Notes: generated from the sequence alone by a model not told the origin. Positions 34,031-46,048 are shown, numbered from the stretch's first letter. The stretch is 64,000 nt of DNA from an uncultured delta proteobacterium (GCA_963724765.1 CAVRVY010000001.1:32001-96000), one strand, 5' to 3'. Numbers and translations: made by a program.

Positions 34031-34082
34031 GACGACCTGCTGATTACGAATCCGACTGCTCTACCGACTGAGCTAGGGTGGC
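34031..34082 (-). pseudogene. Truncated/degenerate tRNA-Thr(CGT)
   Basis: Minus strand GCCACCCTAGCTCAGTCGGTAGAGCAGTCGGA-TTCGTAA-TCAGCAGGTCGTC; anticodon stem mismatched; T-loop and 3' acceptor strand absent. Confidence 0.8.
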
Positions 34083-34137
34083 GCCTCGCCGCGGGTACGG
34101 TCCTCACACAGATTGATTGCGAGTTGAGCCATTTCTG

Positions 34138-35354
34138 TCAGGCCTTGCTCGTCGCTTTGCCCATCGTCGTTGTGCCGTTGCCATTCCCATAGCGCGCTGT
34201 GCCTGGATTCATCGCCGTGGTATTCGGAGCGCGCGACGGCATGACGGATGTGCCGCGAACATCCTTCGGTGCCGGCACACGCTGTCCGCCGTCTGGACCG
34301 AGATTGCCGAGTTGCTGCGTCTGTCGGCCGAAGTCCATTGCCTTTACCCAGCCAGCCGGTTCGCCGCTATTGCCGGCGCTACCGTTGCCTATCTGAGCGA
34401 CCTTGTTGAATCCGGTCTGAAGCGCGCTTGTGATCGGTCGAATGATCGTCTGAGCAACATAAGCTGCTTCAAAGGCGTGGCTGAGCGCGAGGCCGACGGT
34501 TCCGCCGGCGATGCTGGCCGCCATGTGAGGCACGGCGATGCAGACGATCATAAAGACGATTGATAGCGCGGCGATAGTTAAGCATGGCGGGGCCGGGAAT
34601 CGTTCCGGAGCAGACGGTCGTGACGATCGACGCTGGGCGGTAGACCGTAGGTGGTCCACCAAGGCAGGGTGGCGGGGATGGGCTTGCAGGCAGCGACTAA
34701 AGCAGCGTTCCATTCGTTTGCCATCTGCACGCCGAGAGCAAGAACAAGATAGAAGAAGAGAAGTCGGACGCCGACGCGGATGACATAGCCAAAGTAGCCT
34801 TCCGCTGCAGGGGCGGTGAAGCGGTTGGCTCCAAGGCCGAGCAGAATCACTCCGCCGCCGACGACCAGATAGGATTCGATGAGAGTCAGCAAAAGCATCG
34901 CAGCTGTGACCACGAAGGCGAGCAGAACGATGAACGCGGCTACGCTCTGTACGATCGCCTGTTCGAAGTTGGTCATCATGCTGGCGTTGCCTGGGGAGTT
35001 GAAGATGATGTCTGGCGATGTTGGTCACCGATCTTGAGGACGCTTTGCGGATTGAGGGCGGGGAGTCCGGTGACAGATGCTCCGATCGCGGAGAAACTCT
35101 TGAGAACTAGCATTCATCCACGAGAACGCATTCACGATCATCAGATAGACGAATCCGCCGCTCAGAATGTGCTTTATCAGCCGGCCGAGAAAGTGCGGTG
35201 CATCGAGCTGTCCTTCGGCGATGAATTGAATCCACGTAACAAGGATGTCGATAAGAAGGAGCGCGACGAACAGCTTGAGGGCATACGGTTGGATTGCTGC
35301 GCTGTAATTCGCACCTGCGGTGTAAAATTGGGTCGCAATGTCGTTGAAATTCAT
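34138..35354 (-). CDS. trbL: P-type conjugative transfer protein TrbL/VirB6 (several frameshifts)
   Basis: Hydrophobic segments, TLIESYLVVGGGVILLGLG..T...AEGY, low-complexity C-terminus; follows trbJ. Confidence 0.82.
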
Positions 35355-35573
35355 CAGTCGTCTCCTGAGAAGCCTCCGGCTTCTAAGGTTGCGGTGGTGG
35401 TGCGGGCATCGTGTGACAGATCAGGCAGGCCGCGAGGGGGCTGGCGCGAGAAAAAAGTCTTCGCCTGCTCTGCAGCGACCTCTCCTGGTAGAGATGCCAG
35501 GCGCCGATAGAGCACTGCGCAGACTCCGATGATCGCCAAGACAAGAATCGACTGGGTTTTTGATTTGCTTCAT
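35354..35573 (-). CDS. Small membrane-anchored protein in the trbK (entry exclusion) position
   Basis: Short ORF with an N-terminal hydrophobic helix between trbJ and trbL; frameshift in an A-run near the start. Confidence 0.4.
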
Positions 35574-35578
35574 CTGCT

Positions 35579-36352
35579 TCACCTGCCTCGGAGGATTCCT
35601 AAGGTTGCGGAGGCGGCGATGCATCGCTCGAAAGCATCAGGCAGTTCCGGACGTGAGGCGGTGCGCGAGAAAAACGCTTGCGCAGCAAGATTGCTTTGCA
35701 CCTGATTGTTGACCTGGTTCGCCGCCGCGACGTTCTGGGAATTCATCTGGGCCATCACGAGCTGTCGGAGCATCTGAACCTGCTGTACCTGCGCCAGTGC
35801 GATTTCGTTGCTGACCTGAACCGCCTGCAGATTACCTATCGCCGTCTGGTTCTTCAGCTCAAGGTTTTGAAGCGTGGCCTGTTCGGCTTGGAAGTTCTGG
35901 GCCTGCGCCTGCGCTGAAGCGAGCGCGCCGTTGAGCGTGTCCAGCGTGGTATCGACCGTCGTTTGCGGACTCTGGACGCCTGCGGTCGAGGCTGCATTGA
36001 ATCCCGGATAGAGCTGCTGGAACTGCTGCGTCAGTCCCTGAAAGGTATACGAGAGTCCTTCCTGCTGATTGATCAGATCGCCGAGGTTCGTAAGCAGATT
36101 CTGGTTCGACTGCCAGACACCTGCGCCGCCGCCGGTCGTGTTCTTGATCGCGTACTGTAGTTGCTGCGCGAGGTTCGTGACGGTAGCGGTTTCCTGCTGA
36201 AGCTGCTGGAGCTGGCGCGCGAACATATTCGGGTCGAAGACAATCTGCGAGCCGCCAAACTGTGCGCGGGCAGGAACCGAAGACGCGACCAACAGCCAAA
36301 CAACTGCGACCGAAACGGCAAACAAGAATCGGGAGAATCTTTTCGACTTCAT
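35579..36352 (-). CDS. trbJ: TrbJ/VirB5-like protein
   Basis: Signal peptide, IVFDPN, Gln-rich helices, AIGNLQAVQVSNEIAL..QMLRQL. Confidence 0.85.
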   Translation of the reverse strand: MKSKRFSRFLFAVSVAVVWLLVASSVPARAQFGGSQIVFDPNMFARQLQQLQQETATVTNLAQQLQYAIKNTTGGGAGVWQSNQNLLTNLGDLINQQEGLSYTFQGLTQQFQQLYPGFNAASTAGVQSPQTTVDTTLDTLNGALASAQAQAQNFQAEQATLQNLELKNQTAIGNLQAVQVSNEIALAQVQQVQMLRQLVMAQMNSQNVAAANQVNNQVQSNLAAQAFFSRTASRPELPDAFERCIAASATLGILRGR

Positions 36353-38872
36353 TGATGTATCTCCCTTTGATGAACTTTTCCGTTGGTATGGAACGGCGGA
36401 ATGCCGTTCACACTTAAGATCGCGTCGGCCGGCGTCTCGACACGACCGTTGAGTTTGTCGAGATACTCCGCCCAATCGTGCAATCCGCGCGCGCGAAGCC
36501 ATTCGGCGGTCCAGCGATCGCCGTGCTGTTCGATCATCCGTCGCGCCGCGAGTACATCCTCCTTCGATCCCGCGCCTATGAAGGCGAGCGCCGCCGGACC
36601 GAGTGAGAACTGGAACAATCGGCGCCCGAGCGGCGAAACGTAATAGTAGTGCCGCTTGGGAGTGGCGTCGGCGACGATGTCGATCTGCCGATTCGAAAGC
36701 CCGAATCGTCGGTACATCTCCTGCGTCCCGCTGTTCTTCGCCTCGGGATTCGGCAGATAGAGCTTCGTCGGACAGGACTCGAGAATCACGTCGCGATGAG
36801 GCGAATTGGCAATTTCGCTCAGGCTCTGAGTGGCGAGCACCACCGCCGCATTCTTCTTGCGCAGCGTGCGAAGCCACTCCTCGATCTTCGCGCCGAAAAC
36901 GCTGTTGGTCAGCATGATCCACGCTTCATCGAGGATAACGAGCGTGGGTCTGCCGTCGAGGCGCTGATCGATTCGGTGGAAGAGATAAGTGACGACGGGC
37001 ACGACGACCTTCGGCCCCATCGCCATCAACGTTTCGAGCTCGAAGGTGATGAAGCGCTCTTCGAGCAGAACATCATGGTCGGCGTCAACGAAGCGCCCGA
37101 GCGGACCCGCGAGCGAATAGGCGCTCAACCCGTCGCGCACGACATTGTCCTGCACCTGAGTGACGAGGTTGCTGATAGTGCGCTGCTCTGGCGGTGCTTC
37201 CGCGACCAGTTCCAGCGCCCGCCACAGTGCCTTGCGCTGATTCGGAACGAGTGGCACGCCCTGAAGCTCAAGCCAGTCTTCGAGCAGTCCCTGCATCTTC
37301 ATACGGTCGGTCTCGTCGTCGATGCGCGCGAGCGGACAGAGCGGAACCTCGTCCTCTCCGAGATCGAGATGCTGTCCGCCGAGAGCCTTGGTCAGAACGT
37401 AGGCAGAGTAGCCCTTGTCGAAGAAAAAGATTTGCCCGTCAGGGACTGCACGGAAGTTCGCCGCGATCGTGCCCAGCGCTACGCTCTTGCCGCTCCCCGT
37501 TGGACCGTAGATTCCCGTGTGACCGGTGTCGCCAACATGGAGGTTCAGCCGGAATGGCGTGCTGCCGGTGGTTGCGCCGTAGCACAGGGCCGGCGTGTTC
37601 TTCGGGTAGTAAGGGCATGGGTTGGTCGCGAGGCCCGCCCAGATGCTCGTTAGCGGCAGAATGTCCGCAAGGTTCTGAGTGTTAACCAGCGGACGGCGCA
37701 CATCGTACCAGCCGTGTCCGGGGAGCGAACCGAGCCAAGCCTCGACGGCGTTTATGGTTTCGTATGCGCGGATCGAAGCCCATGTTCTGGCAGACCTTGA
37801 AGACCAGTTGCGCGTTTTCATCGGCGACGTCGGCCCGGTCTTCGGTGATGATCACCTTCGGCGTGACGTAGCAATATCGAACCGCGCCGCCCTCGGCCTC
37901 GGTGATCGCCTCATCGGCGTCGGCTGCCATCCTGAGCGCATGCTGGTTCTGAAAAGCTGCTCCCGCGCCCGAGCCGAAATGTTCGCTGATGACGCCGCGA
38001 AGTCCGAGTCGCTTCTGGAACCAATTGCGCCGATACACGGTGAGCTGGCTGATCGCCGTCCGCGGGCCTACGGGAATCCCGCGCGTTGAGTAGCGGTAAG
38101 ATATCGGTAACTCGCTCAAGAACGCGGCCATCTCGGCGTAGGAGAATGGCGGGAAACCGGCCAGCGCGATGACGCGGATGTGCCTGCCGCCGATGCGCGG
38201 TTTGAACCCAGCGATCAAATCCTGATTGCCGAGAACCGCATCCAGATAAGTTGGCGTTGTCGGCGCGGCAACTTCGCACATCCGCCCGTTGATGCAGCTT
38301 GCGAGATGCGACAGCAATGCGGGCATATCCAGCGGAGTCAGTTTCCAGACCGGGCTTATCGCATCTTCAAACTCGCGGAGTCGCTGCTTGAACCATTCGA
38401 GCTGTCGTCGCCAGTCAGGACGCGACGGCGTGCCCGTCAGAAAGACACCGGCGATCCGCGTTTGCGCGTCGGCCGGCGGGCGATACGTGATCGTGAGAAT
38501 GCATCTCGCCTCGAAGTGCTGGCCCTCGGTCGAGTATTGGATCTCCCGCTCGCGATCGAGCGTCGCGCTGACCGGATCGGTAAACGTGCGGCTCGGGTAA
38601 TCAACGCTCGGATGACGGATGAGGTCGACGTTGTACATGAAGCCGTCGTCCAGACGCGCAAGCGCGCGATTGGCCTGAGCGCGGTGCGCGTCGAGTTCTT
38701 CGACACTCGCAGAATTGAGGTCGAGCCCTGAACACTCGAAGGCCGACAGGAACGCGCCGTCCTTCATCGCAATAGTGTAATCGTCGATCGGGATCGCGTA
38801 GTTGAGCTGGTCAGGCAGACCGAGCAGCTTGCCGCGCTTTCGTCTTAAATCCTTGAACTCTTTGAGGAACAT
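36349..38872 (-). CDS. trbE: TrbE/VirB4 ATPase (frameshift ~37765)
   Basis: KDGAFLSAF..GLDL, TPFRLNLHVGDTGHT.IYGPTGSGKS, FDKGYS, LDEAW, WLRTLRKKN..VLATQS. Confidence 0.93.
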
Positions 38873-38890
38873 ACTTCTTCCTCTCTCTTC

Positions 38891-39232
38891 CTAAGCGCGC
38901 ATCTCCTTGGGTGTCGGTACAGATACGCGGATTCGGGGTGGCGATGCTGAGATTGGGGCGCGCGCCGGATAGTAGTCCTGATAGCGGATGTGGCGGACGT
39001 AGACCTGGCTCAACTGCGGATCGAACTTCGCTGCCTGGACCAACGCCCAATGGCCAACGGTCAGCAGGAACGCCCCCATCGCGACCGTGTACCAGTGGAG
39101 CCCGCCGCCGAAAATTAAAGCGGCGGCGGTGATCCAGTTGGAGATCGCCAATGGTCGCTCCGCTCCAGCCAGCAGAATCGGGCGGGTAAGCGATTGATGA
39201 ATCGCGCTTACCCGCCGCTCACTTTCAGCCAT
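38891..39232 (-). CDS. trbD: TrbD/VirB3
   Basis: IHQSLTRPILLAGAER, AKFDPQ..VYVRH..YQDYY. Confidence 0.9.
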   Translation of the reverse strand: MAESERRVSAIHQSLTRPILLAGAERPLAISNWITAAALIFGGGLHWYTVAMGAFLLTVGHWALVQAAKFDPQLSQVYVRHIRYQDYYPARAPISASPPRIRVSVPTPKEMRA

Positions 39233-39250
39233 CGTCCTATCCTCCTCCGC

Positions 39251-39601
39251 CTAGAAGAGCGCTCCGCCCATCGGGAACAGCGTGGTCATCACTTGGGTGG
39301 CCCCAAGCGCACAGGCCCCACCGAACGCGAGCGAGGACATCTTTCGCACGCCGGTTCCATGCTCGCTGACCGACCACATGATGCCGGTACCGATGACGGC
39401 TGCGGTGGTGACCGCGTGGGCGACCGGTCCCTGCAGGTCGGTCTGCAGCGTTGTGAGCGGGGTGTCCCACGGAAGCGCTCCGCCCGCGGCGATTGCTGCG
39501 AAGGCCCTGACTGGCCAGACAAAAGTGATCATTCCGTAGGCGTAAGCAATCGATACTGCCCATTTTCTCCACGTAGCCTTTTTCCCTTCCAACCGCTTCA
39601 T
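39251..39601 (-). CDS. trbC: TrbC/VirB2 pilin
   Basis: [19 protein letters not shown] and two hydrophobic helices. Confidence 0.9.
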   Translation of the reverse strand: MKRLEGKKATWRKWAVSIAYAYGMITFVWPVRAFAAIAAGGALPWDTPLTTLQTDLQGPVAHAVTTAAVIGTGIMWSVSEHGTGVRKMSSLAFGGACALGATQVMTTLFPMGGALF

Positions 39602-39641
39602 TTCGCGTACCTCCTCTTAATTCGCAGATGACTTCAAAACG

Positions 39642-40628
39642 TTATTGCCCTGAGTCTTTGCTCGACTGCGTGTTTGGGGAAGTGAGTATGAATCCATCGG
39701 TCGCGCTGTATCCGTCGACACGAACCAGCTCCTTCACGCGCCGTCCTGCAGGCGTGCGGACGATGAATGCGAGCAGGTTGATCGTCTCGGCAATGAGTTC
39801 CGGTTGTGGCGGAACGCCCGCTTCCTGTACGAGACTGGACAGCCTCGTCAGCGCAGCCTTCGCGCTGTTGGCGTGGATCGTTGTGACTCCGCCCGGATGG
39901 CCGGTGTTCCACGCTTTGAGCAGCGCGAGCGCTTCGGCGCCGCGCACCTCGCCGATGATTATTCGGTCGGGGCGCAGCCGCATGGTCGTCCGTACCAGCC
40001 GCGTCATGTCCGCGGCCTCGGCGGTGTGGAGTTGGACGAGGTTCTTCGCGCGGCATTGGATTTCGAGGGTGTCCTCGATGATCACGTAGCGCTCGTTCGG
40101 ATCGGAACGCTCGACCATTTCGTTGATGAGCGCGCCCGCCAGCGTGGTCTTGCCCGAGCCGGTCCCGCCCGCGATTACGACGCTGCTTCGCGAATCGACG
40201 GCTTCACGCAAGATGCCGGCGTGCGCGTCGCTCAGGATCTCGTCGCGTACGTAATCGTCGAGCGTGTAGAGGACCTGGGCCGGCTTGCGCATGACGCAAC
40301 ACGGCTTTCGGGCAACCGGCGGAAGGAGTCCCTCGAAGCGGATTCCTCCGATCAGGAGTTCGCCTTCAACAATCGGATTGACTGAGTTCACCACGCTGCC
40401 AAGTGACGAGGCGACGGTGCCGATCAGGCTTTCGACCTGCGAAGCCGCGAGCACCAGACCGGCTTCGTGCATTCCCTTTGCGTACGATTCGAACCACACG
40501 CGGCCGTCTTCGTTGACGATGATCTCGGTGACGTTCGGATCGTCGATCGCGGCGAGAATCCGTGGGCCAAGTTGTCTCCGGAGCAGCTCGTCCAGCCGCC
40601 GCTCCTGGGTCTGCTGCGTCGAGATCAT
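39642..40628 (-). CDS. trbB: TrbB/VirB11 ATPase
   Basis: [44 protein letters not shown]. Confidence 0.95.
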   Translation of the reverse strand: MISTQQTQERRLDELLRRQLGPRILAAIDDPNVTEIIVNEDGRVWFESYAKGMHEAGLVLAASQVESLIGTVASSLGSVVNSVNPIVEGELLIGGIRFEGLLPPVARKPCCVMRKPAQVLYTLDDYVRDEILSDAHAGILREAVDSRSSVVIAGGTGSGKTTLAGALINEMVERSDPNERYVIIEDTLEIQCRAKNLVQLHTAEAADMTRLVRTTMRLRPDRIIIGEVRGAEALALLKAWNTGHPGGVTTIHANSAKAALTRLSSLVQEAGVPPQPELIAETINLLAFIVRTPAGRRVKELVRVDGYSATDGFILTSPNTQSSKDSGQ

Positions 40629-41125
40629 TCGCTGTCTCCGTGAGATTCCGCGGTGGAGTTGTCTTCTCCCCGACGCTCGCCGTTCTGGGACTCATCCGAG
40701 CTGGCAACAGGCTTCTTTCCGTTCGCGCCCGCAGATTCCATCTGCTTGATGGTGTCTTCGACCTCGAGCCGCCATCCATGGTGCCGCCGCTCTCCACTGG
40801 CCAGAGCTCGTTCGCGCTGGGCCTCGGGAATTTCCGGCAGGTGGGTCAGCATGCTCAGCGCGAATTGATCGAGCATGGCAAGAAGCATCGTCACCTGTTT
40901 GCTCAGCGGCCGGATGGCTTGGGCGATGTAGGTACGATTCGTGTCGATAATTTTCTTTTCAGTTGCGGCCAACTTGGACTCGGAAAGGCTCACGGCCGCG
41001 CGTCCGTTTGACTGGACCAGACGCTCCTGGATGTAGCGTGAGAGCGAAAGGCCGACCGCTTCAGCCTCTTCCTTCAATCGAGCGAAGTCGTCGCCGCTGA
41101 CATACGCCGTAAGTTGTCGCCTCAA
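40625..41125 (-). CDS. Ribbon-helix-helix-like protein between T4CP and trbB
   Basis: N-terminal RQLTAYVS..LKEEA..LSLSRYI; occupies the CopG-like position typical of trb ICEs. Confidence 0.6.
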   Translation of the reverse strand: MRRQLTAYVSGDDFARLKEEAEAVGLSLSRYIQERLVQSNGRAAVSLSESKLAATEKKIIDTNRTYIAQAIRPLSKQVTMLLAMLDQFALSMLTHLPEIPEAQRERALASGERRHHGWRLEVEDTIKQMESAGANGKKPVASSDESQNGERRGEDNSTAESHGDSE

Positions 41126-43426
41126 AGTAGTCTCTCCTTCTTCCGTCCGCGGTTCGTGATGGCTGCGGCGTCGGTCGCGTGGTCAACGGCAAATTTTAGA
41201 AACGCGAGCTGCGCAACCGGCTGCGGTTCTGCCGCCTTTCCGAGAGAGTTGGTTTGCGGTGCTGATCGATCCTGGGCGAGACTTTTCGTGTTCTGCGTGA
41301 TTTCACAGGATACGGACGATGCCGTCACTGCGCTCGCGGCCTTCCCGACGGTAGTTGAGTTCGCGACACGATCGCTTACCAAAGGCGCTGGAATCCTCGT
41401 GAGTCGCTTGAAAAGCCGCTCGCGGTAGTGCCGGAGCTTGGCCGCGCGAATCGCCGGCAGTCCGGAGGCAAAGATCAACGCGTCGCGGGGTCTCAGGTGC
41501 ATCGCCTCATCCGGGGTCAGCAATGGTCGCGCAAATTCCGGCTCCGACACGCTGGCTCCGGAACTTGAGATCGTCTGATGCACGTGGCGAACCGTGGTCT
41601 CGCCCGTCATCTGGGAGAGCAGCCGCGCGGTCTCGATGCCGTTCGGCCTGAACGCCACGCGCGTGTCGCAGTTCGACGTGATCGTCTCGTCATGGCCGTA
41701 GGCGCCACGAATCTGCGTAATGTCCTGGGCGATCAGGCAGGCCTTGATCCCGTATCCGGCGATCAGCGACAGCGATTTGGCGAACATGTCGAGGCGCCCG
41801 AGAGTCGGGAATTCGTCGATCATCAGAAGGAGCCGGTGTCGGTAGCCTGCGACCGCACGCCCATCGCGGTATTCAAGTCGCTCCGTCAGCCGGTTCAGGA
41901 TCTGGGCCAGCACCAGCCGCATGAGTGGCCTCATACGGTCCTGATCGGCGACCGTGACCGCGATATATAGCGAAAGCGGCCGGCGGTGATTGACCAGATC
42001 GTCGATGCGAAAGTCCGAAACGGCGGTGTTGGCCGCGATCACAGCCGGTGCCGGTAGCCGGTATCGCGCGCCGCGCGATACTCGAGCCGTTCGGTCAGAC
42101 GATGAAGGATCTGGCTCAGCATCAGCCTGATTAACGGCCGCAGACTGTCTTGTGAGCGAGCGAAACGACGACGTAGAGCGAAACGGGCCGCCGATGGTTC
42201 ATCAGATCCTCGATCCGGAAGTCCGAGTCGCGTATCAGCGATACCGGATCGCGGTAGAGCCGAGAAAGCCCTTCACCTCCGAGATGACGCCCGCTCGTTC
42301 TTTCGCCATGTCGAGCAAACTGCGCATCCCTCCGGCCACCAACGGATGAGTCCGAGTCGGATTGCCGTGCGCGTCCTTCCAGCCGAGAGGCCCGTCAGGG
42401 TCGTGGTCCGTGGTCATGATCTTTCCAGAGTCCGGTTTGTCGGCTGTGCCGGATCCGAAAGCCAAGCTTCGACTCCGCCAAGGTAGGTTCGCGTCCTTCA
42501 TAGAGCCTGTGGAGGATGAACGCCTCGAACGCCTCCGAGCCGGCGCGCGACCAGTGGTCCGGGAGTCCGCGGCCGTTGGGGTCCAGCAACAGTTGCACGA
42601 TGTTCTGAACGTCGCGCACCTCGTAAGGTGTGCGCAGCCGCACCTCGGCGAGCGGGTTGAAACGTGCCAGCCCCGATTCGGGTGAGGCTGGCTCGAACTT
42701 GAGGCAGAGCTGGCGCAGGCGCTTGCGGGCACCCGCAGTCAGCGCCCAATTCTCGCCCTTGAGGTCGTGAACGATGACAGAGTGCGGCCATGTCAGCAGC
42801 GTCGGGATCACGATCCCTCTGCCCTTTCCGCTCTGCGTGGGCGCGAAGACGAGGATGTGCGTGCGACCGCAATCACGGAGGTGCGATCGACGCCATACAC
42901 CCAGATAAACGCCAGCGCGGTGCGCCAAGGGTTTTAGAAGTTTCGCGCGCTCGGCGATCCTGCGAAGCCTCCGCGGCAGAAACCGGCGTTTGTCTACGAG
43001 TCCGGCCGCTCGAAGATCCCTGGTGTTGGCCCAGCGTGCTGATCCATGCAGATCGGATGGATTCTGGAACCATCCATGCCGGGCGACTGCAATCGCGCCC
43101 ATCGCGATTGCGGTCAGCGTAACCATCGGGTAGACCGCCTCACGCACGCACAGCTCCCAGAGTGGCGCGAGGGTCGGGTCGGAGTGCCAGCGTAACCACC
43201 AAACCATCCAGTTCCACGGACGGTAGAGCGATCCGACCAGCGGAAAATCGCACCACGGCTGGCCGAGCGCCGGCGAGTAGCCGAAGAGTCGTGCGGCATG
43301 TTGAGTCGTCATCCAGTTGACCACCACGAACACCGATCCCAGCGAGAGCAGGACGACAATCTTGATCTGACTGAGACGCGTGTCGGCCGCTGTGCCTGAG
43401 AGGCGATAGGGGCGTTGTTCAGCCAT
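41122..43426 (-). CDS. traG: Type IV coupling protein TraG/VirD4 (frameshifted, with internal duplicated segment)
   Basis: LHGSARWA, APTQSGKGRG.VIPTLL, DLKGENW.LTAG, FNPLAE, LLMIDEFPTLG, AQDITQI...YG. Confidence 0.9.
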
Positions 43427-44453
43427 GGCGATCCCTCCTTTTGTCGAAGCCGCGATCAAGTCCACGATCGACGTCGCGCGGCTGGCTGCGCGCCCGGCTC
43501 TTGATGATGTCTTTCGAGATCTGGCGCTCACGAAGATCGCGCTCGTGGTCTTGCGAGAGCTTCCAGCTTGCCTCACCAACACGCTGGGCGAGGCCCATGC
43601 CTTCGAGGAACTGCAATCGCGCCACGTCCTGCTCCGCCCTCACGCGGGCGGCATCGCTGCGCGGTTGGAACTGCTCGTAACTTACGAGACCGGACTCGTT
43701 CGCCTTGCGTTGCAGCGATCGGTCAATTTCGGTCCATTGCTCTTTTCGGATCACGCGCTCGCGCGCATGCAGCACCTCGGGTTCGAGTCGCGGCCCAAGC
43801 TCCCTCGTCGCGATCTCCTGGCTTCGTCCGCGCATGCCGAGCTTCAGGTATTCGCGGTCGATCTGCAGAGGCCGTCCGTCATCTCGAACGCCTCGCACAA
43901 GCAGATGGACATGGGCGTCGTCGGTGTTGTGATGATCGATTGCGACCCACTGAAGCTTCGTATCGAGATCGCGCTCCATCTGTTCGACCAGGCCACGCAC
44001 GTGTTCCCGAAGATCCAGCCTGGAGGCGTCCTCCGGTGAGACGATGAAGCGCCAGAGCAACTCGTCGTGTCTTCTCCCAGTCGCGCACGAGCGGCGACCA
44101 TATCTAGCCCGTCATGCTCGGCATCAAAGCCCCTGACCCTTTCCCTGCTCCTGCTGCGCTCCTTCGCGTGACAGGTAGCGGGCGTGAGCGGCCCAACCGC
44201 CGGTATGGTCGTTGCGCTTGAACGACGCTTTGACCACGGAACGGCGGGAGTAGACGTGCGGGTCCAGCGCGACCCGCCGCCATGTCTGTCCGCCGCTGAG
44301 ACTGCCCCACGATTGGCGTCGAATTCCCCACCTGACCCGCACTCGCCGTAAGGCAACCGCCCACCACGGAATCAGCGGACGCGGACGTTCCGTCTTCGCG
44401 GGACGAAGCTTGATATCGACCTCCTTCTGGCCGAAGAACCTACGCCGGCTCAT
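43419..44453 (-). CDS. MOBP/VirD2-like relaxase (frameshifts ~44065 and ~44130)
   Basis: AHARYLSREGA (catalytic Tyr), RFIVSPED, WVAIDHHNTDDAHVHLLVRG (HUH). Confidence 0.9.
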
Positions 44454-44834
44454 GCGCTCGACTCCGTGAGCAATGCGCTCAAGCTGGCGATGAGTTGCGC
44501 CGAATTCTCTGGCGCGTGTGTCACCCAGAGCCTCGATGATTTCTTTGACCTGCGCACTGCTGAGGGTGACCGAATGAAGTTCCTTTGCGCGGCTCCACGA
44601 CTTCCACGCGCGCTTGCTGGTGGCCCGCTCTTCGAGCTGCTTCCGTCCCGCCGATGCGACCTGTGCGCGTTGTGCTGCGCCGAGGGTCGCACTCTCGTGC
44701 GCGACGCTGATTAACGCTCCAAGCAGGAAGTCTGGCGGCTCGCGGTCGAGGCCGGCTATTGCTACCAATCCGCCCAGATTGGCGAGGTGATGGACTCTGA
44801 GTCCCTGCTCGTGGCTATGTCCGTTTGCCGCCAT
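44450..44834 (-). CDS. Conjugal transfer TraD-like protein (3' end frameshifted)
   Basis: LANLGGLVAIAGL..LLGAL motif; directly upstream of the relaxase. Confidence 0.6.
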
Positions 44835-44837
44835 GAT

Positions 44838-45440
44838 TCACCACGTGAGGATCGGTTTGAGCACGCCCTGAACTCCTGACAAGCGGAACCGGTCCGAAGT
44901 AGCGCGCGTCCCAGCTCCGAGCGTTATGGAAACCGAACAGCCAGACTTCGCCCGGCGCGACCTGGCGCCTGCCCCAAGGCACATGTGGCAATGGTCGGCC
45001 TATGCTGTCGCGTGCTGCGACGGCGCTGTCAGCGAACACTCTGTCCGTCGACGGAAACCCAGCCGGGCTGCACTTCCAAAACGTCACCGGGAAGGGCTCC
45101 AATTATTTTCGCGACCGGCTCGGCTCCGCCTGGGCAATCGCCTTTGGAGAGGTAACCGCGAGCTAGTCCTTCCTGTGCGATCGATGGCCGGTAGGCAGGC
45201 TCCAACGAGCTCGCCGCGGTTGACGGATACTCCGGTGACGATTCGGTAAATCCCTGCCGGCGCGGCGCTGTCGGTGAGTGAAATGCGCAGGCCAAGGAGT
45301 CTTCCTAGCGCGACTAAGAAGGCCACCGCGATCACTGGTCCGAGCATCGCCAAGACGGGTCTGCGCGCGTGCCGAAAACACTCAAAATGCAGCCTTGGAA
45401 CGACCCGCTCCGAGGTGATTTTCGCCGTACTGTGCCGCTG
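44838..45440 (-). CDS. traF: TraF-like S26 peptidase for pilin processing (several frameshifts, start approximate)
   Basis: ISLTDSAAPAGIY, LARGYL..G.CPGG.EPVAK..ALPGD, SWDARYFGPV. Confidence 0.82.
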
Positions 45441-45500
45441 GCCGCTCCAGGATGCCCTGAAGTGGGGGAAAGGCCGTGCGGATATTGGAGAAAACGGCGG

Positions 45501-45540
45501 ATCTGCGGCACTGCACCGCAGATGCTTTATCTTGCTCTAC
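45501..45540 (+). other. Candidate oriT
   Basis: Perfect 8-bp IR atctgcgg-N7-ccgcagat followed by tatcttgc, one mismatch from the IncP nic motif TATCCTGC; lies upstream of traF and the relaxase. Confidence 0.6.
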
Positions 45541-45670
45541 GAACGAACGCCCTTTACCCCACTCCCTCACCACTCCGAACACAGCACTCAGAGCCCTCCG
45601 TCCGCCCGCACCAAATCTCTGCAGGTCGATCATAGATCCCACTCCATCCCGAACTCCGACGCGCATCGCT

Positions 45671-45970
45671 TCACGCTCCGCCCTGACCATCAGCAGCGCT
45701 GCCGGGCAGCATCCGATCTGAATGTGCCAGTCCGTTCGCTTTTGCAGGCCTTCGAGAACGGTCTCTCCCCGCGGTCTTCCCCTCCAACGCATCCATCTCG
45801 TCGCGCATCTGTCGCGTCAGGCGAATGATCGACTCGCAGATTGTCGCGTTCAGATCGAAGCCCGCCTCATTGGTGCGCTCGCGAAGCCGATCGATCTCCG
45901 CCTTCACCGAAGCCGGGACGCGCAACGTGATCGTCTCGCTCGGTTCTTCCTTGCGTTTCAGCACTCCCAT
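45671..45970 (-). CDS. Ribbon-helix-helix protein (candidate relaxosome accessory factor or regulator)
   Basis: TITLRVPASVKAEIDRL pattern; AGGAGG RBS; adjacent to the candidate oriT. Confidence 0.65.
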   Translation of the reverse strand: MGVLKRKEEPSETITLRVPASVKAEIDRLRERTNEAGFDLNATICESIIRLTRQMRDEMDALEGKTAGRDRSRRPAKANGLAHSDRMLPGSAADGQGGA

Positions 45971-46048
45971 CGCCCGTCCTCCTTGAATCGGTTTTGTGTA
46001 CGTTTCGTGCACAATCGCGCATACGCTCCGTGTACGATTTGTGTACGT

